From positions 2,617,733 to 2,681,732 of the forward strand of contig OZ253478.1 of assembly GCA_965261835.1 (NCBI GenBank): 64,000 nt of DNA, in the 5' to 3' direction. Under the pieces are notes generated by a model. The model did no database searches. It had not been told where the DNA came from and was given only the letters and a program-made list of their open reading frames with translations. Positions 43,120 to 51,813 of this stretch are shown in pieces. Position 1 is the first letter of the stretch, and each line of letters starts with the position of its first letter. Source of the DNA: Dehalococcoidia bacterium (GTDB taxonomy: Bacteria > Chloroflexota > Dehalococcoidia > SHYD01). The translations under genes were made by a program, and so were the position numbers.

Positions 43120-43470
43120 CTATGCGCCGGCCTCTTCGGTGTGCGGATTTTCGGCGCCAGGGATGCCGCCCACCCACTGGGGCGATCCCACCCGCTGGTT
43201 GAGCCAGAAACGCAGCTCCTGGTTGAGCCACTTGTCCTCTAGGTACACGTCTGCCACAATGCTCACCCCATCCCAGTGCAGGTGGCCGTTGGGCTGGTAT
43301 TGCACCGTCTTGCCCAGCACCAGACCGCGGTTCAACTCGGTCAGCGCGTCGCCCAGCGGGGTGCCGACCGCGGGCGCCCACACGTTGCAGTAGCGTACCT
43401 GGGTGGCTCCGTCCAGCACGATCGTATCGCCGTTAAGCACCGCGGTGCAGGTGCCGTTACGTTTACTCAT
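43120..43470 (-). CDS. Small SNase/thermonuclease-like protein
   Basis: V.NGDTI, VRY..V.AP, ADVY...LN..L; catalytic residues look degenerate. Confidence 0.55.
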   Translation of the reverse strand: MSKRNGTCTAVLNGDTIVLDGATQVRYCNVWAPAVGTPLGDALTELNRGLVLGKTVQYQPNGHLHWDGVSIVADVYLEDKWLNQELRFWLNQRVGSPQWVGGIPGAENPHTEEAGA

Positions 43471-43662
43471 ACCCTAATGTTACCCCACCAATGATGGCGT
43501 GACCAGTCCCGCGGGCGTACCAGCGCGGGTGCGCTGGCCATAAGTGCGGCCACTCCATCCCAAACCAGCATGCCAAATCAGCATAGCTGTACCCAGCCAC
43601 GCTGCCGCTCTGCTGTGCTATTCTAGCTCCGCGTGATCTCACGCCGCGGAGTACCTTCCCGA

Positions 43663-43995
43663 ATGGACGTTGCCCGAGCGCTCACCCTCTTTGCCCTCGC
43701 CGGCCTCTGCGAGATCGGCGGCGGCTACCTCGTGTGGCAATGGCTGCGGGAGGGCCGGGCGCTCGCGCTGGGGGTCATCGGCGCCGGCATCCTCATCCTC
43801 TACGGGGTGATCCCCACCTTTCAGGCCGAGCCGGCCTTCGGGCGGGTGTACGCTGCGTACGGCGGCACGTTTATCGTGCTCGCCCTGCTGTGGGGCGTCG
43901 TTATCGACCGCTGGCGGCCGGACCGCTGGGATATCATTGGCGCCGGCGTCGCCGTCATCGGAGTGTTTATCATCATGTGGGGACCTAGGAACTAG
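43663..43995 (+). CDS. YnfA family small membrane protein
   Basis: AGLCEIGGGYLVW, FGRVYAAYGG, PDRWD. Confidence 0.9.
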   Translation: MDVARALTLFALAGLCEIGGGYLVWQWLREGRALALGVIGAGILILYGVIPTFQAEPAFGRVYAAYGGTFIVLALLWGVVIDRWRPDRWDIIGAGVAVIGVFIIMWGPRN

Positions 43996-44004
43996 GAGCA
44001 CGCT

Positions 44005-44784
44005 ATGACCAGCAACCGCATCGATTCCGCCGTTCGCCAGCAGTTCGGCAAACAGGCGGCCTACTACGTTCACAGCCAGGTGCACATGTCCGGCGACACG
44101 CTGGACATTCTGGTGGACTGGGCGCAGCCCCGCGCCACCGACCGGGCGCTGGACGTGGCCACGGGCGTGGGCTTCACCGGCTTCGCCTTCGCGCCCCACG
44201 CCGGCCAGGTGGTGGCCTACGACCTCACCCATGAGATGCTGCGTGAGGCCATCGGTATCGCCGGGCAGCGCAGCCTCACCAACGTCAGCTTCGTCCAGGG
44301 CCCGGCCGAGCACCTGCCCTTCTCGGACGACACCTTCGACATCTACACCTGCCGCACGGCTCCCCACCACTTCTTTTCAGTGCCGGACTTCCTGGCCGAG
44401 GCCTGCCGCGTGCTCAAACCCGGCGGCCAGTTCCTCATGGCCGACACCGTGACGGTGGAGGACCCTGAGGTGGATGCCTGGCAAAACCGCATCGAGCTAT
44501 TGCGGGACCCATCCCACGTCCGGGACTACGCCCCCTCCGAGTGGCTGCGCTTCATCGGTCAGGCCGGCCTCAGCACGCTGCGCGCCGATCTCGCCCTCCA
44601 CACCAACCTCACCTTCAACGACTGGGTGGAGCGCTCCGGCACCCCGCCCGCGGTGGTGGACGAACTGCGCGCAGCCTATCTCAACCCGCCCAACGCGGTT
44701 GCCCGCGCTTTCGCAATCGAGCCGCAGGACGGCGACATTGCGTTCGCCTGGCCCGTGCTCACAGTCCAGGCAGTCAAACCCTAG
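44005..44784 (+). CDS. Class I SAM-dependent methyltransferase (YafE/YcgJ-like)
   Basis: LDVATGVG, AEHLPF, APHHF, RDPSH. Confidence 0.88.
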   Translation: MTSNRIDSAVRQQFGKQAAYYVHSQVHMSGDTLDILVDWAQPRATDRALDVATGVGFTGFAFAPHAGQVVAYDLTHEMLREAIGIAGQRSLTNVSFVQGPAEHLPFSDDTFDIYTCRTAPHHFFSVPDFLAEACRVLKPGGQFLMADTVTVEDPEVDAWQNRIELLRDPSHVRDYAPSEWLRFIGQAGLSTLRADLALHTNLTFNDWVERSGTPPAVVDELRAAYLNPPNAVARAFAIEPQDGDIAFAWPVLTVQAVKP

Positions 44785-44785
44785 C

Positions 44786-45889
44786 GTGTCAACCCACCTC
44801 CTCCGCTACCCCATCGGCGCACTAGCAGCGCGCGCGACCGCCGGCCACGATATTCCATTGGTGGCGCCCCTCCGCCCCGAGCCGGAACCGCCGCCGCCCA
44901 GTCACAACGGCCCGGAATTCTTCCACGCCGGGGACTTCCAGCTGGAGTCCGGCGCAGTCATCCCGGACTTGGTGGTCTGCTACGAGACCTGGGGCCAGGC
45001 CAATCAGTTCCGCACCAACGTACTACTTGTATGCCACGGTCGCGGGGGCGACCGCCTCAGCCTGGGCGCTTACATTGGCCCCGGGAAGGCATTCGACACC
45101 GACCGCTATTTCGTGGTGGCCGTGGACGCAATTGGCGCCGGGCTCTCCACCACGCCTGCGTCCTCGGGGTTAGGCATGCGCTTCCCTCGCTACAACATTC
45201 GGGACATGGTGCGCGCCCAGTGCCTGGCCCTCACCACCGGGTTGGGGCTAACCCAGGTCCGCTGCGTGGTCGGGCCCTCCATGGGCTCATACATGGCCCT
45301 GGAGTGGGCCGTCAACTGGCCGCCCTTTGTCCGCTCTGCGGTCTGCATGGTCCCATCCGCCCGCTGCGCGCCCCACCTGCGCGCCGTGCACGAAGCCATG
45401 CGCGCCGCTATCACCGCCGACCCTGCGTGGCCTGCCTGGGAGGAGGGCGACTACCAGCAGCAACCCACTGCCGGACTAAGCGCCGCTGCGCTCGCCGAGT
45501 TCCCCTGGTCCCACGGCGAGGAGTGGTACCTGCAATACCAGCAGGAGGAGCACTACCAGACCCGCATCGGGTGGGCCCAACACCGCATGACTCAGCGCGA
45601 CCCCACAAGCGTCATCTACCAGAGCCTCGCCTGCGACCTGCACGACGTGGCCCTTCCCTTCGGCGGCGACCTCCATGCTACGCTTCAGCGCTGCCGCATG
45701 CCCGTGCTGCTCATGCCCTGTGCTACCGATCAGCTCATCCCGCCTCGGAATGCTCAGCTGATGGAGCACCACCTAGCTAACGCCACCTACGTGGAGATCC
45801 CCTCCTACGCCGGCCACGCCGCCGGCAGCCTGGAGGTGGATTTCGTCTCCCATCACATCAGCGAGTTCCTGGGGAGCCTGCACCGCTAG
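44786..45889 (+). CDS. MetX-like alpha/beta hydrolase or acyltransferase
   Basis: FQLESG, YETWG, GPSMG nucleophile, D and GH triad residues. Confidence 0.8.
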   Translation: MSTHLLRYPIGALAARATAGHDIPLVAPLRPEPEPPPPSHNGPEFFHAGDFQLESGAVIPDLVVCYETWGQANQFRTNVLLVCHGRGGDRLSLGAYIGPGKAFDTDRYFVVAVDAIGAGLSTTPASSGLGMRFPRYNIRDMVRAQCLALTTGLGLTQVRCVVGPSMGSYMALEWAVNWPPFVRSAVCMVPSARCAPHLRAVHEAMRAAITADPAWPAWEEGDYQQQPTAGLSAAALAEFPWSHGEEWYLQYQQEEHYQTRIGWAQHRMTQRDPTSVIYQSLACDLHDVALPFGGDLHATLQRCRMPVLLMPCATDQLIPPRNAQLMEHHLANATYVEIPSYAGHAAGSLEVDFVSHHISEFLGSLHR

Positions 45890-47198
45890 CGGACTGCTGC
45901 AGCTGCGAGGGATACCGTGGCGGCCTCGCGATAAAGGTCAACAACGACGCCGTGAGCAGCACCCCGGTGTAGATGACAAAAGTCCCCCTATAGGAACCCG
46001 TAAGGTCGTAAGACAGCGCCCCGACTATCGGCCCCAGACCTAAGCCCGTCATGTGGAATGGCGACATGAACCCGGTGATCGCGCCATAGGAGCGCCGGCC
46101 GTAGTACCGGGCGATCAAAATATTGTAGAGAGACCCCTCACCGCGGCCAGTGAGCCCCATCAACGTGCTGACCAATAGCGCCATGGGCACGCTTTGCACG
46201 AATAAGCCCAACGCCATCACGCCCGCACCGCAGCACACCACCGCGGATGCCAGGATACGTTCATCAACCCGCTCACTCAGAAACCCCCAGAGGGTGCTGG
46301 AAAACGCGCCCGCCAGCCCGAACATACTTACGCTCAGGCTCGCCACCGCAACCCCCAACCCCAGATCGGAATAGTAGGACGCCTGGTGGAAAGAGTAGGT
46401 GCTGTTTGCCACGGTGGCGATCAGCTGGGCAATCATGATCAGCCACAGCGCTCGCGTCCGTAGCGCCTGGGCCAGCGTAAAGCTGACGTCGCTGCCCCTT
46501 GCGGCCGCGCCGTGACCGCCAGCCCGTGCGCTGTCCTCCCCGCGGCCCCCTTCCATCTCCAACCCCATGTCTTCCGGCCGCCGCCGCATGAAGAGGGCTA
46601 AAGGAATGGCGTAGAGCGCCACGCAAACGCCCGTCACCACAAACACTGGGCGCCAGCTGCCAAATACCCTAATCAAAAATTGCGCGAGAAACGCCAAGAT
46701 GGCGGCGCCCAACGGCAGGCACATGTTGGTTAAGCCAATAGCCCGGCCGCGGCGGCGGTTGAACCAGTTGGTGATCGCCGTTATTGGCGTCACCCCGGTC
46801 AGGGTGGACTGGGCCACCACTCGTGCCACAATATTTGCCGCGTAGAACTGGAACAGGCCGTTCATCCCCGCCAATGCCAGTAGTGCCACCGAGGCAATCA
46901 GGCACCCTATAGGCATCAGCAGCCGGGGGCCGTGTCTGTCCGCAATCGGCCCGACAAACGCCCCACCGAAGCCCGCCAGAATCGTGCCTGCACTCACCGC
47001 GCCCGCGGTCAAGGTCCGCGTCCAGCCGAGGTCCTCCGAGATGGGCTTCAGCATGACGCCCATGAACAACTGGTTGTTGGAGCTCGCCAGCAACCCCGCG
47101 CCCATAGCCAGCGTCAGGATCACCCAGCCGTAATAGAACGGCACCTTGAACCGAGGCCGCGGGGGTTGGCCGCTATGATGCTGTTCAGTAGTGTTCAC
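45858..47198 (-). CDS. MFS transporter
   Basis: FYYGW, GPIADRHGPR motif A, about 12 TM segments. Confidence 0.9.
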   Translation of the reverse strand: MNTTEQHHSGQPPRPRFKVPFYYGWVILTLAMGAGLLASSNNQLFMGVMLKPISEDLGWTRTLTAGAVSAGTILAGFGGAFVGPIADRHGPRLLMPIGCLIASVALLALAGMNGLFQFYAANIVARVVAQSTLTGVTPITAITNWFNRRRGRAIGLTNMCLPLGAAILAFLAQFLIRVFGSWRPVFVVTGVCVALYAIPLALFMRRRPEDMGLEMEGGRGEDSARAGGHGAAARGSDVSFTLAQALRTRALWLIMIAQLIATVANSTYSFHQASYYSDLGLGVAVASLSVSMFGLAGAFSSTLWGFLSERVDERILASAVVCCGAGVMALGLFVQSVPMALLVSTLMGLTGRGEGSLYNILIARYYGRRSYGAITGFMSPFHMTGLGLGPIVGALSYDLTGSYRGTFVIYTGVLLTASLLTFIARPPRYPSQLQQSASGAGSPGTR

Positions 47199-47416
47199 GA
47201 AGGCAAGTCACAAGAGGAAGTACCCAGCATGTCGGCCACCCAAGTGTAGCCCTTATCTTCTAGCGTTGTCAGCCGTTGGCGACCGCTGCCAACACGCACT
47301 CCTAAGCTGGCCGCTTGCTTAAGCCCATAAGCATAGGTAGCGATTCTTCAGCCGATGGGGGAACTGCATTGTGCATTGATTGGTGGTGAGGCGTTGCCGG
47401 CGCTCGAGATGCTCCC

Positions 47417-48895
47417 CTACCCGTCCAACCGCAACCGCCCGTTCTCGTACACCAGCGTCTGCCCCGGCGCCACCGGCAGTGTGGCCACCCAGGTGTCTCC
47501 CGGCAGGTGGTCAGCCTGCGCCGGCAACGCCATCAGCAGCCAGAAGACACTGGGGTCGGTCAGCACAACCTCCGTGACGCCCGCCGGTATCGGAAACTGT
47601 TGGGGCTGCAGCGTGCTGGTGTCCAGCCAGACCGAGTTCGTGTAGGCGGGCAGGTAATACCGCAGCTGCTTGTAGCTGTCGTGCGTAACCAGCAGCACCT
47701 GCTCCGGCTTCTGAGCAGCCAGAAACGCCAGCCTGGACTGCACTTGCACGTCGTTCTTGCGGAGGCCGGCCAGTGTCAGCGGCTTATCGTACAGAAAGAA
47801 GACGAGCACGTTAGCCAGCAGCACCAGCGTCAGTCCACTCCCCGCCAGCGTAGTCCACTCCGGCGGGCGGTTCCGCAGCCAGCGCCACCAGCCTCCCAAC
47901 CCGAACAGCAGCACCGCCGGCAGCATCCCCAAGACCTGGCCGGGGTCTCCAACTTGCACCAGTGCGTAGAACCCTACAATAGGCGCAACCCATACTGCCA
48001 GAAACAAGAACGGTAGCCACTCCTTGCGGCTCGGCCGCGTCACTGCCAGCAGGAACAATCCCCCGGCCACTACCAGCACCTCGGCGTACAGCGCGTCAAA
48101 GGTGTACTGAGCGGTATCCCCTAGATTCACTACTAGGCCGGGCAAGCCGCCGCCGGTGGGCGCAGCGCGCGCGGCGACATCCGCCCCGAAGGACGCGCTC
48201 AAGGTCGCCCAGTACTGACCGAAGCCTCCCGAGAGCAACGCCGTAGGGATCAGCCAGAGCAGCAGCCCGCCAATGGCTATTGCCGCAGCCCCCGCAACCC
48301 TGACCGCAGGCTGCCGCCAGCACGCCACTAGCAACAGTGGCAGCAGGAACAGCGCCAGGTCGGGCTGGAACCCCGTTCCCACTGCGTAGGCCAGCGCGCA
48401 CGGGAGCGCCCGATCCCGCTGTTCGAACGCGGTCTGATAGGCGAACAGCGCGGTGAGGGCGCTGAAGGCTGCCAGGGCCGGGTAGCCCAGCGCCACCTCG
48501 CCATAGGCCCAGAAGGTCACGCTGACTATCACTAGCAGCGCCGCCGCCGCTCCCACGCCCGCCGAGAACATGCGCGCGCCCAGCAGAAACACCGCCACCA
48601 CCGCCACCACCTCCAGCGCAATGCTCACAATCACCAGTGCGCCGTTGACGTCGCCGAACAGGGGTGCCAGCAGCGCTCCGAGCGCTACAAAGTAGGGGTA
48701 CCCGGGCGGATGCGGTTGATGGAGCGTAACGTCGAATGCGCGGGTCCCCAGCGCAAGGTTGGCGGCATCCCAGTTGTAGAGAAATTCCGTCCGGAAAGGC
48801 CAGCGGGTTGCCACTACCAGGAATGCGAATAGTCCGGCAGTGATGGCGGAAGGTTGGAAAGTAAACCGGGGCGTTTGCTGGTGGGCGTCGGTCAC
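47417..48895 (-). CDS. Multi-TM GT-C/DUF2723-like membrane protein
   Basis: WDAAN, PHPPGYP motif; GTG start coupled to the pfkB stop. Confidence 0.7.
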   Translation of the reverse strand: MTDAHQQTPRFTFQPSAITAGLFAFLVVATRWPFRTEFLYNWDAANLALGTRAFDVTLHQPHPPGYPYFVALGALLAPLFGDVNGALVIVSIALEVVAVVAVFLLGARMFSAGVGAAAALLVIVSVTFWAYGEVALGYPALAAFSALTALFAYQTAFEQRDRALPCALAYAVGTGFQPDLALFLLPLLLVACWRQPAVRVAGAAAIAIGGLLLWLIPTALLSGGFGQYWATLSASFGADVAARAAPTGGGLPGLVVNLGDTAQYTFDALYAEVLVVAGGLFLLAVTRPSRKEWLPFLFLAVWVAPIVGFYALVQVGDPGQVLGMLPAVLLFGLGGWWRWLRNRPPEWTTLAGSGLTLVLLANVLVFFLYDKPLTLAGLRKNDVQVQSRLAFLAAQKPEQVLLVTHDSYKQLRYYLPAYTNSVWLDTSTLQPQQFPIPAGVTEVVLTDPSVFWLLMALPAQADHLPGDTWVATLPVAPGQTLVYENGRLRLDG

Positions 48896-49875
48896 CGAGC
48901 GGCGCCTGCCAGTGCGAGTTCTCGGGCCGCAGGCGGAACGTAGTCCTTGATTGGGTGCACTCGCACGCGGGACACCAGCCGGATAATGTCGGCCTGATGG
49001 CACAGTTGAGTGCCTTCCGTTATGGCTGCCGCGGCCCCCGCAGCGGCGCCCAGCCGGAGTGCCTCCGGCAAGTCCCCGCCGTGGCTCAGCACCTGCACCA
49101 GCCCGGCCACCATCGCGTCGCCGGTGCCCACCGTGCTCACTGCGGGCACCGTAGGCGGGTAGACCCGCCACGCATGCTCGTGGCTCACCATGATCGCGCC
49201 GTTAACCCCTTGGGAGAGCACCACCACCTCCACCCCCTCGTGCTGCACCTGCTCCGCACCCACCAACAGCGGGTCGTTATGCTTGGGCAGGCGCCCCACC
49301 ATGCGCTCCACCTCCGTACGGTTGGGTTTCACCAGAAACGGTTTTGCCTTGATGCCGTGGCGCAGGGGCGGCCCGTCGCTGTCCAGAATACAGCGCACCC
49401 CGCGCTGCTTGGCAAAGGCGATGATATCGCCATACAGCGCAGGGTTCAGGCCCGGGGGGATGCTGCCACCAATGACCAGCCAATCGCCGGCAGTGAGATG
49501 TTTCCTCAAGCGCTGAAAGAGGAGCTGTACGTAATGGTGGTCCGTCTCTGGGCCGCGCTCATTCAGCGTAGTGGTGTTGTTAGCCTTGCGATTGATGATA
49601 GAAATGTTGGTGCGGGTTTGGCCGGGCGTGTGTATAAAATCGGTGTAGATGCCGTGGTCCCGTAGACTGTGCTCAATGAACCGGCCTCGTTGGCCGGACA
49701 CGAACCCCAGCGCCATGCTCTCGCAGCCCAGCTCCAGCAGCACCCGTGATACGTTGATGCCCTTACCGCCAGGGTCGCTGCGGCTGGACACGACGCGGTT
49801 GGAGTCTTCAGGTACGAAGTTCTCCAGCGTGACCGTGTGGTCAATGGCCGGGTTGAGCGTTAAGGTGACGATCAT
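48892..49875 (-). CDS. 1-phosphofructokinase family hexose kinase (PfkB)
   Basis: TLNPAID, GGKGINVS, KPN..E, GTGDA. Confidence 0.92.
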   Translation of the reverse strand: MIVTLTLNPAIDHTVTLENFVPEDSNRVVSSRSDPGGKGINVSRVLLELGCESMALGFVSGQRGRFIEHSLRDHGIYTDFIHTPGQTRTNISIINRKANNTTTLNERGPETDHHYVQLLFQRLRKHLTAGDWLVIGGSIPPGLNPALYGDIIAFAKQRGVRCILDSDGPPLRHGIKAKPFLVKPNRTEVERMVGRLPKHNDPLLVGAEQVQHEGVEVVVLSQGVNGAIMVSHEHAWRVYPPTVPAVSTVGTGDAMVAGLVQVLSHGGDLPEALRLGAAAGAAAAITEGTQLCHQADIIRLVSRVRVHPIKDYVPPAARELALAGAAR

Positions 49876-50116
49876 GGCCCTAGAGCGGCTCCCGCGCAGT
49901 TCCCACCCTCTTCGACGGCGGTTCCTTCATTCTAGACCCCGCAGGGTACCGCTGCAATATCTCTCACGAGCGGTTTAACAGCGGTAGCTCGGATAGCTTC
50001 ATGGCCCGGACCCTGCGCGCCACGAGCGCCATTGGTCCTGAGCCTGTCAAAGGGAGTGACGGGAGTCCCGAGCGTGATGTAATAAGGAGGGCGGGCTCTG
50101 CCACGCTTCCCACCTC

Positions 50117-50857
50117 CTACCGGCTCAACATCGCCTCCGCCCGCTGCGGCAGCACCGCCTCGGAACTCCGGACGTACTCCTGCGCCTCGCCCAGACTGAT
50201 GACCCGTCCATACTTGGCGTGCATGTCCATCAGGTTCACTTTGTGGCTGATCTGGAAACGGTCGAAGCAGCAGTCCTCCACAATCCCCACGTAGTAGTTG
50301 CTGCACGCCGCGTCCACCGCCGTGGCCCGCACGCAGCCACTGGTGGAGGTACCGGTGACCAGCACGGTATCCACGTCCATCTCGTTTAGATACGTCGTCA
50401 TTGGCGTGCCAAGGAAGCCGCTAGCGGCCCGCTTCTCGATGACCACGTCGCCGCGCTCCGGCGCAATGTCCGCCACGATGGTATTGCCAAGCCGTTGGTG
50501 CTCCAATTCCGCTTCGCTCTGCTCCCCCAGCGTGCGTTCGTCGCGGGCGCGGGTGGCCCAGCCTGCGCCCCGGCGGGGCCTACTCATGCCGGTAGTGTAG
50601 ATAACCGGCACGCCATGCTCCCTGGCCACCACCAGCAGCTCCTTGATACGGGCCACGCCCTCCCAACCCAGCGCGCCGCAGGAGGTGGAGAACTCCTGTA
50701 CCGACTCCAGCAACGGCTTGGGAGACGTCCCCACGAAGGCGTAGTTCACGTCCACCACAATGATGGCCGGCCGCACGCCCAGGGGCTTGGGCATGCGGAA
50801 CGTGTCGAATACCTGCTGCTCTTCCGCGCTCAATAGACCGTCCCAGATTGCCATCAT
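50117..50857 (-). CDS. Isochorismatase family cysteine hydrolase
   Basis: VVD, K, TSGCVRAT triad. Confidence 0.9.
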   Translation of the reverse strand: MMAIWDGLLSAEEQQVFDTFRMPKPLGVRPAIIVVDVNYAFVGTSPKPLLESVQEFSTSCGALGWEGVARIKELLVVAREHGVPVIYTTGMSRPRRGAGWATRARDERTLGEQSEAELEHQRLGNTIVADIAPERGDVVIEKRAASGFLGTPMTTYLNEMDVDTVLVTGTSTSGCVRATAVDAACSNYYVGIVEDCCFDRFQISHKVNLMDMHAKYGRVISLGEAQEYVRSSEAVLPQRAEAMLSR

Positions 50858-50970
50858 GACCTCCTGCTGGTAAGCCGCTTACCGGCGCCACCGTCAGCCT
50901 AACTTTGGACACTTATCCTACTATGGAGCCTTCGCCAACATCGCGCAGCCCCGCGCCATGGGGCGGCACC

Positions 50971-51813
50971 TCACCCAACCCCAAGGCTCGCTGCGTAGTC
51001 TAGCACAGCGCGCCGTACCGCACCGAACTCCGCCACGCCGCGGGCCGTCAGGTCATACAGAAACCGCTCCCGGTCGGCAACCTCATCCCGCAGCTCGGCG
51101 GCAGTGGCGCCGCCCCAACCCGCCAGATCTTCCCACGTCTCCGGCGAGGCGAAGCGGTTCCAGCTATCGTCTCGTGCGTCCCAGGCCACCAGGCTCTTCG
51201 CCCCCAGCCCGCCCGGCGCGCGCGGTGTGGGCTGCAACCATGATGCGCTACTCACGCGCCGCTGGTTGCCCGAGGGCGCCTCGTTTAACGATTGCATAAC
51301 CACCAGCGGGTGCGCCCGTGCCAGTGCGCTGGGGTGTAGCGACACCGGCGGCTGGCCAAACTGCGCAATCACGTCGTCCATAGAGCGGGCGTGCATCGTG
51401 CCGGCAAAGCTGTAGCCCCGCTCCGTTAGCCGCACTACCTTGGCCGCTGCCTCGCCCCACACGTAGCCGGGGGTGTGGTCACTGAACTCGCCCACCATGA
51501 CGTAGGTCCGTTCCGGGGCGGCCTCAGCGGTAAAAGCAAAGTCTTCCCGCGCGCCGCGCGCCACCACGAACTCGGTGTCCGCTGGCGCAAAGGCGGTCAG
51601 CGCGAGAAGCAGCGTGGTCTTCCCCACATGCCGCTCGAAGCCCCCCACGCTGATTACGGGCGCGCGTCGGGCAATGAGGCTCCAAAACAGCGCGGCCACT
51701 TGCGCGTCCAGCACGTGCTGCTGCATGAGGTGCACGATGGACCATTCGGGGGGATGTGGATCGACGCCGGGATAGCCCCAGAAGTAGCGGGGAAAGGAGA
51801 GGTCGGCCGCCAC
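50971..51813 (-). CDS. P-loop protein, truncated VirB11/GspE-like ATPase domain
   Basis: VGKTTLL, VGE, GTMHA (His box). Confidence 0.6.
   Translation of the reverse strand: MAADLSFPRYFWGYPGVDPHPPEWSIVHLMQQHVLDAQVAALFWSLIARRAPVISVGGFERHVGKTTLLLALTAFAPADTEFVVARGAREDFAFTAEAAPERTYVMVGEFSDHTPGYVWGEAAAKVVRLTERGYSFAGTMHARSMDDVIAQFGQPPVSLHPSALARAHPLVVMQSLNEAPSGNQRRVSSASWLQPTPRAPGGLGAKSLVAWDARDDSWNRFASPETWEDLAGWGGATAAELRDEVADRERFLYDLTARGVAEFGAVRRAVLDYAASLGVG

Noticed and set aside
50919-50928. TACTATGGAG matching an array right arm
   Set aside because: No left arm or core at the right spacing; likely chance.
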